From positions 1-56,211 of IMG/VR virus record IMGVR_UViG_3300010354_000111: a stretch of 56,211 nucleotides of DNA; one strand, 5' to 3'. The notes beneath the pieces were generated by a model. The model saw only the letters and a list, made by a program, of their open reading frames with translations. It was not told the origin of the DNA and did no database searches. Of the stretch, positions 49,404-56,211 are shown piece by piece. Every line of letters begins with the position of its first letter. Within the stretch, counting starts at the first letter, position 1. The translations under genes were made by a program, and so were the position numbers. The DNA comes from a virus. Taxonomy: Duplodnaviria > Caudoviricetes.

Positions 49404-49591
49404 CTCTTTCCCATGAGACCCTCGTAAATTTCTATAAGTTAAACTTTTCGTTAATGCATCACCATAAATACTCATTAACGGAATTAGAAAATATGCTTCC
49501 ATGGGAAAGAGAGATTTATGTTAGTATGTTGACGGCACATATTCGCGATGAAAATGAAAAAATAAAATTAAAAAACGCAAGGGGAATATGA
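49400..49591 (+). CDS. gp51: gp51-like hub assembly chaperone; probably translated as a -1 frameshift extension of gp26 (first in-frame ATG at 49454)
   Basis: Not in the ORF track. LTLSHETLVNFYKLNFSLMHHHKYSLTELENMLPWEREIYVSMLTAHIRDENEKIKLKNARGI. Confidence 0.85.
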   Translation, partial: LTLSHETLVNFYKLNFSLMHHHKYSLTELENMLPWEREIYVSMLTAHIRDENEKIKLKNARGI

Positions 49592-50151
49592 TGTTCGGAA
49601 TCAAAAAATCTGATAAGCCAGAAGAAGAAATAAAGGAAGAAGAAAAACCTGTTGAAGCTAATAAAGAAGATTGGATGACCAAAAAATGGCGTCCAATGAT
49701 GGCAATGATGTACATGTTATGTTGCCTTGCTGACTTCGCGATTTTTCCTATTATGTTTACTATTGTGCAGTTCTGGGAAACACAAGCAGCAAATGATGCC
49801 TTTAGGCAATGGGTGCCAATAACACTTCAAGGTGGTGGTTTATTCCATGTAGCAATGGGTGCTGTTTTAGGTGTTAGTGCGTTTGGTCGTACGCAAGAAA
49901 AAATTGCAGGTGCAGCTGGAGGTGTTCCAACTCCAACACTAAGTTCAGAACCACCTAAATTTAATCCAAGTATGAATATGCCTAATAATCAGTATAATCC
50001 ACAACCCTCGATGATGCAAAGTAGTTATACTCCACCTCAGTCATACAATTATAATTCTCAGGAATCCAATATGAATTACGGTGGTAGTAATGTAACAAGA
50101 CCTGATCCAAATGCTGAAGGATTTAGACCTACAGTGAGAAGACCTGTCTAA
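49588..50151 (+). CDS. Membrane protein resembling the GTA-type 3TM holin family
   Basis: W...WRPMMAM.Y hydrophobic helix, LQGGGLFHVAMGAVLGVSAFGRT.EK, low-complexity P/N/S tail. Confidence 0.6.
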   Translation: MMFGIKKSDKPEEEIKEEEKPVEANKEDWMTKKWRPMMAMMYMLCCLADFAIFPIMFTIVQFWETQAANDAFRQWVPITLQGGGLFHVAMGAVLGVSAFGRTQEKIAGAAGGVPTPTLSSEPPKFNPSMNMPNNQYNPQPSMMQSSYTPPQSYNYNSQESNMNYGGSNVTRPDPNAEGFRPTVRRPV

Positions 50152-51650
50152 TGGAAAAAAGACTTCCATTTCTTTTAGGGGGTAGACCTGATGGCACTAC
50201 ATGGTCTCCTCCTTCCACTGATAGACTAATAACAAATTTTTCTAATCAACAAGATGTAAAGATCCAAAATAAAATATTTGAAGAGATACAACTTTTAAGA
50301 AAAATTTCTGCAAATAATGCTCAATCTAATCAAAGAACAAGCAATGCTCAATTAACGGTTAAAACTATTAAAGCTGATTCTAATCAAAATAGAATAAAAG
50401 AACAGCAGACTGCTAGAGAGACTAAACCTGCTGAAGAAGCTAAACCTGCTGCAGCTATGATAGATTCTAAACAATTCTATTCTGATTTTACAGAATTAAT
50501 AGTATTACTTAGAAGATCTGAAGGCGAAAGGAAAAGAGAAAGAAAAGAAAGTTATAATCTTAAAGATGATATGAAGGCTTTTGTAAAACAAAACAATACT
50601 TTTATGAAAGAGATGAGTGCTCTGTTTAATAAAAAACAAGAGGCAGCTACGGCAGGGGGTGTCCAAGTTAACACTGTGGATGCTAATAGAGAACTTTTAG
50701 CTACAGCTATAGCAGATAAAATGGTTTCAGGGCTAGGTCCATACTTTGATGCGTTATTGAATAAATTAGATAACGTAACGGGTGGGCCAGATATAGACAT
50801 TAATAGAAGACCTAAAACAGTTCCATCCGGTCCAATACCTGGAGGTGGACCTGCAGGAGGACCTAGTAAAGATGGAGGCAAGAATCCTAAAAAGGGGCCT
50901 ACGGGAGGGAAAAAACCACCAACACAAGTTCCCGGTGTTATGGGATTTTTAACTAGATTAAACTTATTAGTTACTGCTGGATTGATAGGATATAACGTAT
51001 ATGAGGGTCAAGGGGATGAAGCTACTAGAGAAAATTTTGATTTAGAAGAAAACCAAATACCTACTACAGCACAAAAAGCTACATCTGGAGTTGCTAATGC
51101 TATATCTGGGCTAACTTTCGGAATAGCTGATACAAAGAAAACTGCTCAATACTTAGGCAAAGTATTTGGTGTAGAATCTACAGCTCCATCTGTTACTGTG
51201 GGTTCAGTTGAACCGATGCCTACTGGAAATGATAGACAAAGTTATAATAGAAGAAAAGAATGGATGGAAAAATATGGCAATACTCATAATCCAGATGGAT
51301 CACCAAAGAGCAATAAACTAACATTACCTGGGGCACAACCTATACCCCCAGGTACTAGTACTGCTGGAGGAGGGCGAGGAGATATGGGTTATCCTCTTGC
51401 AGTTGCTGAGGAAGGAGTTGAAGTTATTTCTTCACCTTCTACTTTAACTGAAAGATTAGAAAATGTGGAAGAAGAATTTGATTCTTTATTAGATGAATTA
51501 GAAAAATCTAGCAAAGTAGTTTCAAAATCTGAAATTTCAACAAATATCATATCTAATAATGATATTAAGTATTTGCCTGCAAGAGCTACACCAAATAATA
51601 GTGAGGATAGTTTAGAAAAATGGTTAGAAGGTAGATCGGTATATGGTTAA
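50151..51650 (+). CDS. Putative tape-measure / hub (gp29-like) protein
   Basis: Position after gp26/gp51, helical N-terminal half, G/P-rich linker, hydrophobic segments. Confidence 0.5.
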   Translation: MEKRLPFLLGGRPDGTTWSPPSTDRLITNFSNQQDVKIQNKIFEEIQLLRKISANNAQSNQRTSNAQLTVKTIKADSNQNRIKEQQTARETKPAEEAKPAAAMIDSKQFYSDFTELIVLLRRSEGERKRERKESYNLKDDMKAFVKQNNTFMKEMSALFNKKQEAATAGGVQVNTVDANRELLATAIADKMVSGLGPYFDALLNKLDNVTGGPDIDINRRPKTVPSGPIPGGGPAGGPSKDGGKNPKKGPTGGKKPPTQVPGVMGFLTRLNLLVTAGLIGYNVYEGQGDEATRENFDLEENQIPTTAQKATSGVANAISGLTFGIADTKKTAQYLGKVFGVESTAPSVTVGSVEPMPTGNDRQSYNRRKEWMEKYGNTHNPDGSPKSNKLTLPGAQPIPPGTSTAGGGRGDMGYPLAVAEEGVEVISSPSTLTERLENVEEEFDSLLDELEKSSKVVSKSEISTNIISNNDIKYLPARATPNNSEDSLEKWLEGRSVYG

Positions 51651-51676
51651 AAAAGGGGCTTTAGGCCCCTTTTTTG
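51648..51676. terminator. Bidirectional intrinsic terminator between convergent operons
   Basis: AAAAAA-GGGGC-ttag/g-GCCCC-TTTTTT hairpin with an A-run and T-run on either side. Confidence 0.88.
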
Positions 51677-51680
51677 TTGA

Positions 51681-51902
51681 TTACTTCTTTGCCGGTTCTG
51701 CAGGCTTTTTAGCATCATCCACAGGTTTACCATCTTTGCCAACAGGCTTAACTTTTGGCTTTACTGGTTCTTCTTTCTTAGGCTCTTCCTTCTTGGCTTC
51801 TGCCTTGGGTGCATCTTTCTTTGGTTCTTCTTTCTTAGCTTCGGCGGCATAGCCAGTTGCTAGAAAACCAAAAGTTGCAAATAAAGCGATTAAAAACTTC
51901 AT
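51681..51902 (-). CDS. Small exported Lys/Glu/Pro/Ala-rich protein
   Basis: Signal peptide MKFLIALFATFGFLATGYA-A, then KKEEP repeats; GAGGAG RBS. Confidence 0.75.
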   Translation of the reverse strand: MKFLIALFATFGFLATGYAAEAKKEEPKKDAPKAEAKKEEPKKEEPVKPKVKPVGKDGKPVDDAKKPAEPAKK

Positions 51903-51904
51903 AT

Positions 51905-52822
51905 TTACTCCTCGTTAGCTAACTTAGCGAAATAAGACAACGATTCATCATCGTCATCAAAGTCTACTTCTTTAGGTGGCACAGCCTTAGAAGCGGGTTT
52001 AGATACTACTTGTGCCTTTGGTGCTCCTAGAGGTTCCTCATCTAAAGAAACTTCTTCTGCACGTTTAGTTGTACTTGAACCATGTAAAACCATTTGTAGC
52101 TTTTTCTTAAGCTCATCATATGATTTAAAATGCTTTGGATCAAGAAACTGTTGTAAGGAATGCTGAGAATTCCAAATAGTTTCAAGTTTTTCTGAATCTT
52201 CAGATAATGCGCTAGGAGATTCAAATTCAGACTTATCATAATTACGATACCCTTCAACATTACGAATCTTCAACTTAAAATTGGCACCAGTATCAAAATC
52301 GTAAATATTTACAGGTTTCTCATCCTCGAATTGAGGACTCATCAAATCTTTAATTTTATCAAAAATTTTCTTACCATATCTAAAAAGATATACTTTACCT
52401 TCATTCTCAGGATTAGCTGGATCCTTGATAACAAGAATGTTAGAAATATAGGTTAACTTACGTTTCTGTTTACGAGCAATTTCTTTATTTGCCTCCGATC
52501 CAGAATTCCATAGTTCAGTATTTAGTTCAGATACAGGATCAGATTTTCCAATTGTCGTAAGCGAATTTTCAATATACCATTTACCGCTTGGGCCTTGAAA
52601 TCCATGATTCCAAATTCTAATGAAAGGGAAATCTTCATTTGGGGATGCAGGCAAAAAACGAATTACAGCATAACCATTGCCTGACTTGTCTACTGCAGGT
52701 TGCCAGAAGCGATCATCAGTTGTTTTTTCTGCTTGGGGATTAGCAATTTTTTCAACCTCTTTCATTAGAGTTTCAAAACCGCCACGTGACTTGCGAAGCT
52801 CGGATAGTGATGTGAAAGCCAT
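51905..52822 (-). CDS. gp32: Single-stranded DNA-binding protein gp32
   Basis: DDRFW....DKSGNGYAVIRFLP, WYIENSLTT.G..DPV.E, YGKKIFDKI, GANFKLKIR.V.GY.NYDKSEF, acidic tail. Confidence 0.96.
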   Translation of the reverse strand: MAFTSLSELRKSRGGFETLMKEVEKIANPQAEKTTDDRFWQPAVDKSGNGYAVIRFLPASPNEDFPFIRIWNHGFQGPSGKWYIENSLTTIGKSDPVSELNTELWNSGSEANKEIARKQKRKLTYISNILVIKDPANPENEGKVYLFRYGKKIFDKIKDLMSPQFEDEKPVNIYDFDTGANFKLKIRNVEGYRNYDKSEFESPSALSEDSEKLETIWNSQHSLQQFLDPKHFKSYDELKKKLQMVLHGSSTTKRAEEVSLDEEPLGAPKAQVVSKPASKAVPPKEVDFDDDDESLSYFAKLANEE

Positions 52823-52858
52823 TTAATTTACTCCGTATTTGCGTTGTATAAAGTTGTA

Positions 52859-53047
52859 TTAACGTCGTTTGATTTTATTGTTAAAGGCATAATCTAAGTA
52901 ATCATCAAACGCATCATCTTCTGTATTTTTAGATGATGCATAATTATATATTATCTTTCGATGCTTGTCTATCTTATTTTTACCCTTTTCTACACGATGT
53001 ATTCTTTTTTCTCTATCAAAAGAATCAAATGTTTTCGTCTTGCTCAT
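52859..53047 (-). CDS. Hypothetical basic protein, 62 aa
   Basis: Packed ORF between gp59 and gp32. Confidence 0.6.
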   Translation of the reverse strand: MSKTKTFDSFDREKRIHRVEKGKNKIDKHRKIIYNYASSKNTEDDAFDDYLDYAFNNKIKRR

Positions 53048-53050
53048 TTT

Positions 53051-53275
53051 TTAGACAGCATCTCCTTCGTTAGTGGTGTCCACAACTATGTATGGCCATT
53101 GTGTAATTCTCTTAGTAAGTTCTTGTTGATTACGAGCTAATTTAATTAAATATCTTTGTGTTTCTTTCAAAGATTCGGAAAGTTCACGAATATTTTCTTG
53201 ATGAAATGTGAGCATATTTTCTAAATCTTTAATTCTTTGTTTAGTCGAGTCCAAATCTTGTTCGAAGCAATCCAT
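53051..53275 (-). CDS. Hypothetical coiled-coil protein
   Basis: Heptad-rich ORF; ATG 53275 preferred as start. Confidence 0.6.
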   Translation of the reverse strand: MDCFEQDLDSTKQRIKDLENMLTFHQENIRELSESLKETQRYLIKLARNQQELTKRITQWPYIVVDTTNEGDAV

Positions 53276-53852
53276 TAAATTTTTCCGTATCAAATTTTAG
53301 AAATGGTTTATATTTTTTAACTAATCTAGAAATGTCAGGATATAAAACTGTATCTTCAACTGCAGCATCATACTTTTCTATTAATCCTAACAAATTATCT
53401 AGAATAACTAATGTTTCAATACTTATAGACTTTCTTAAGTATGCTTTTATTATATATGGATGAGTATTTTTAGAAATCAAAAATAAATCGTCAAAAGATA
53501 GATTGTTTTGCTCCATTTCTAAAATTAGATTGTCCAAATCCTTAGTAAAAATATAACTTAGGCTTTCTATTCTTTTTTTCCAAGATAAATATGTTTCTCT
53601 GGCATCTGCATCAAATACCCCGCCCCATCTATCACCTGAAACAAAATTTGCTATCAGAAAATTAGCAACTTCTTCATCTGAATAATTTTTTGCTATCTTG
53701 TTAATGGAAAATAAATCTGATCTTTTTGCAAATGCTTGTCTACTTGCTCTTACTTTACCTCTTTGTTTTATCACATCATATTTGTCTGTTGTGAAATGTA
53801 GTTTTAATGCTAAATAATACTTATAAACTTGAAAAGCGTCCATTGTTATCAT
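53241..53852 (-). CDS. gp59: Helicase loader gp59
   Basis: YK.YLALKLHFT...YD..K..GK.RAS...F.KR.D, W.KR..SL.Y.F, IS.ETL.IL, KY.PFL. Confidence 0.92.
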   Translation of the reverse strand: MITMDAFQVYKYYLALKLHFTTDKYDVIKQRGKVRASRQAFAKRSDLFSINKIAKNYSDEEVANFLIANFVSGDRWGGVFDADARETYLSWKKRIESLSYIFTKDLDNLILEMEQNNLSFDDLFLISKNTHPYIIKAYLRKSISIETLVILDNLLGLIEKYDAAVEDTVLYPDISRLVKKYKPFLKFDTEKFNGLLRTRFGLD

Positions 53853-54115
53853 ATAGGGAGTTTGCCTCTTTTAATTCTCAAAAAATTTTGTTCTTCCGCC
53901 TCAATTTGAATTTTGTCTTTAAGAGTTTGATTAATTAATTTTGCTATTGATTCCACATCTATATCAATTTCATTACAGTATTGTATCACTGCATCCATAT
54001 ATCCAATTTTATTAATTTGTACTCTTTCTTCAATGTATAATGAAAATTCATTCGGTGATCTAAATCTTTTAGTAATGATAATGGAATCAGTTAATTCTTT
54101 TTTTAGTTCATCCAT
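53849..54115 (-). CDS. gp33: Late transcription coactivator gp33
   Basis: FS..IE..V......YMDAV..YC....ID.E...KLI...LK.KI..EA...NFL....KLPI. Confidence 0.92.
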   Translation of the reverse strand: MDELKKELTDSIIITKRFRSPNEFSLYIEERVQINKIGYMDAVIQYCNEIDIDVESIAKLINQTLKDKIQIEAEEQNFLRIKRGKLPI

Positions 54116-54797
54116 TGCGGTTGTTTCTTTCTGGAAATAAAACACTGTCCATGTATCCTTGAAATAAATTTTTATTCACTCCCAAACTATGCATCATGTG
54201 CGGTGTTCTAGGATTCTGTTTTTGATAATAACAATAACGATCTTGAGAAACTGAATAATCTTTAGTTGAGTCTCTAGATGATCCAACATTATCTAAATAA
54301 TATTTAAAAGTATTATAATATACTTTGGATGCTAGATCAAATTCATTTTTATCCAAATTACCTGCAGCAATCATACTATTAGAAAATATTTGAAATGCCC
54401 ATTCAGGCAATTCTCTTTTCTTATTAGGATAATAAGTACTGGAAATTTCTTTAAACTCGTTCAGCATAAAATGCTTCGAAGATCCTGATACAGAATAATC
54501 ATGAAACAACCCTGTAATTTTGTCCTTACCACATACTATATCAAATCCAAAGATTGGAGAAGGATCATCATAATGTGGAAAAATACAAAAGTGCATGATC
54601 CAAATTTTCTTTAATTCCCTAGCATCTACCACTTCTACATGAGCTCTTCTAAATTTTTCACTTTGAAAAATATAATTTTCCCATTTAAAATCATATTGAT
54701 TATGATCGAAGGTGTATGGAATAAATTTTGCTTTTCTTAATAAACTACCTAAAGTATAAGAAGCTAATTCTTCTGCTCTGTCCCAAATATCAAGCAT
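54108..54797 (-). CDS. Ferredoxin-dependent bilin reductase (PcyX/PcyA-like)
   Basis: FRRAHVEVVD, MH.CIFP....PIFGFDIV.G..KITG.FHD.S, RELPEWA..IFS, Q..YC..QKQNP.T. Confidence 0.85.
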   Translation of the reverse strand: MLDIWDRAEELASYTLGSLLRKAKFIPYTFDHNQYDFKWENYIFQSEKFRRAHVEVVDARELKKIWIMHFCIFPHYDDPSPIFGFDIVCGKDKITGLFHDYSVSGSSKHFMLNEFKEISSTYYPNKKRELPEWAFQIFSNSMIAAGNLDKNEFDLASKVYYNTFKYYLDNVGSSRDSTKDYSVSQDRYCYYQKQNPRTPHMMHSLGVNKNLFQGYMDSVLFPERNNRNG

Positions 54798-55321
54798 TAA
54801 TTAAAATCCCTAATAATGGAAATATTATAATCAAATGCAATATTGGCTTCTTCTGCTAGATCAGGTCCGCACCTTTTTCTCATTTCAACAATTAAGGCAG
54901 GTATGTTATCAAATTGATACATAGTGCCAGAACCTGGTACTAATTTTTTAAGTTGTTGTCCACCAAATAAATCTCCCATATGCCTAACATAGATATGAGC
55001 CATAAGTTTATCTTTGTCACTACTTATTGTTTGAATATACTTACAGTATTTGTCTGTAGAAAGATTTATAATATTTCTATAATTACTACTACCAACTAAT
55101 TCCAAGAAGTCTTTCAAGACATGTTTATGCCTTTTCATATCTTCTATACCCTTGAATAGAGTATCGCCACTATGTTCTAGTTGATAATACACATGATACA
55201 GCTGATACAAATAATCAGTATATTTTTTTGCATCAACTTGATTGCTGAAAATACTTTTAATAAAGGGTTGGGACTCTGCTAATAAATGTTTTTCTTTTGT
55301 AAATTCTTTTAATGTACTCAT
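54797..55321 (-). CDS. Heme oxygenase
   Basis: LKE.T.EKH..AE (proximal His), AHIYVRHMGDLFGGQ, EAN.AF..N. Confidence 0.92.
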   Translation of the reverse strand: MSTLKEFTKEKHLLAESQPFIKSIFSNQVDAKKYTDYLYQLYHVYYQLEHSGDTLFKGIEDMKRHKHVLKDFLELVGSSNYRNIINLSTDKYCKYIQTISSDKDKLMAHIYVRHMGDLFGGQQLKKLVPGSGTMYQFDNIPALIVEMRKRCGPDLAEEANIAFDYNISIIRDFN

Positions 55322-55653
55322 TTGAATAATATTAATGCAAGAATAGTTGCGTGAATGATAAATCCAAATCCAATAGTTACAATATTAAGCATATCTTTAA
55401 GAATAGTTGCTCTAACAAATAGAAGGGATAATCCTGCCCAAATAAACAATACTAAATCTATTGGCGGCATCTTTTCTGTTAGACCTGACATAATAGCTAA
55501 CATGGTTGGAATAGTTGCAGCATGAATAACTATAACAGCTATCCATGCTATAGTTTCGGCAGTAGCCGCAGTTAGTTTAGTCCTACAGAATTCACTTATC
55601 TTTTGAATATCTAATGTAGGCATTTTTAGATTTGGCGATTTAATTTTAATCAT
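55318..55653 (-). CDS. Three-TM membrane protein
   Basis: Three hydrophobic helices; its stop overlaps the heme oxygenase start (ATGA/AATG coupling). Confidence 0.75.
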   Translation of the reverse strand: MIKIKSPNLKMPTLDIQKISEFCRTKLTAATAETIAWIAVIVIHAATIPTMLAIMSGLTEKMPPIDLVLFIWAGLSLLFVRATILKDMLNIVTIGFGFIIHATILALILFK

Positions 55654-55655
55654 TT

Positions 55656-56195
55656 CTATTTGTAAAAAATATGATTGCCGATTTTAGCTATTTTCTCCTT
55701 ACCCCATCCTGGAGAAACATAGGTTGCGTGATAATACATAGCTTCAGTCAAACCTTCTAGTCTAAATCCTTCAAGTAAAACTTTCTTAGCAACTGCCATA
55801 CATTCATCATATGCTTCTTTATGCATTGGTTTAAATTTTGATGCAGTTTCACAATACCAGGAAAATTGGCATACTACTTTTTCCATAAAGATATTCTTCT
55901 GGTATACTACCTTACAAATATCCGTAGGAAATTTTCCAGATTCAGTTCTGTTAATTGTTACTTGAGCTACTGCGACTTTACCTTCGAAAGGTTCTTTAGC
56001 TGCTTCAAAATAAATGTTTTTGGCTAAACAATCAAGTTGTTGTTGTCTTTTCTCAAGCGTTTGTGTACTAAACACTGTAGGTTTAGTCGATTCTTGTTTT
56101 AGATGGTCAAATTTATAATCAATAATCTTCATTAGAATATTACCAACTAAAACAGCAGCTAGGCATACTAAAAAATATTTCACTAGCTTTTCCAT
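55656..56195 (-). CDS. SleB/Hydrolase_2-family cell wall hydrolase with N-terminal membrane anchor
   Basis: CLAKNIYFEA..EP.EGK.AVAQVT.NR...FP..IC.VVYQ, CQFSWYC, YYHATYV.P.W, IGNHIFY. Confidence 0.9.
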   Translation of the reverse strand: MEKLVKYFLVCLAAVLVGNILMKIIDYKFDHLKQESTKPTVFSTQTLEKRQQQLDCLAKNIYFEAAKEPFEGKVAVAQVTINRTESGKFPTDICKVVYQKNIFMEKVVCQFSWYCETASKFKPMHKEAYDECMAVAKKVLLEGFRLEGLTEAMYYHATYVSPGWGKEKIAKIGNHIFYK

Positions 56196-56211
56196 TTGGT
56201 TCTCCTATAGG

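Noticed and set aside
49260-49715. Minus-strand ORFs of 80 and 64 aa over gp26/gp51/holin
   Set aside because: They are antisense to recognisable plus-strand genes.
51643-51852. Plus-strand 69-aa ORF after the tape-measure candidate
   Set aside because: It runs through the terminator and mirrors the minus-strand signal-peptide gene, which has an RBS.
1-56211. Stop-codon reassignment, tRNA genes, integrase or transposase
   Set aside because: The standard code gives full-length genes, with TAA, TAG and TGA all used as stops. Intergenic gaps are too short for tRNAs, and no recombinase motifs were recognised.

Overview
This is a densely coding, AT-rich segment of a large T4-like myophage with a Kyanoviridae-style gene order. 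Host unknown; no photosynthesis genes are visible in the window. On the minus strand, right to left, the window carries a SleB-like hydrolase, a 3-TM protein, heme oxygenase and a PcyX/PcyA-like bilin reductase, then gp33, gp59 and gp32. A short plus-strand block follows (gp4, gp2, gp54, gp26, gp51, holin-like gene, tape-measure candidate). The long minus-strand virion module comes next: baseplate gp48/53/hub/5/25/6/7/8, a split DUF4815/VrlC-like locus with a Hint domain, two paralogous giant tail fibres, gp13-gp23 and gp3. It ends with a glycosyltransferase, uvsY, uvsW, gp55, queE and the 5' end of folE. Highlights: (1) a likely -1 programmed frameshift fusing gp26 to a start-less gp51, as in lambda G/GT; (2) a baseplate protein ending in a hydrophobic segment, a Hint domain and a tail, resembling Hedgehog processing; (3) a near-consensus sigma70 promoter pointing antisense into the late genes; (4) a coupled 3-TM His protein, heme oxygenase and bilin reductase cassette; (5) a late-promoter glycosyltransferase alongside Asn-x-Ser/Thr-rich virion proteins; (6) tail-fibre modules bounded by (GTN)n linkers. 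All family calls come from motif recognition and synteny; no database search was run.
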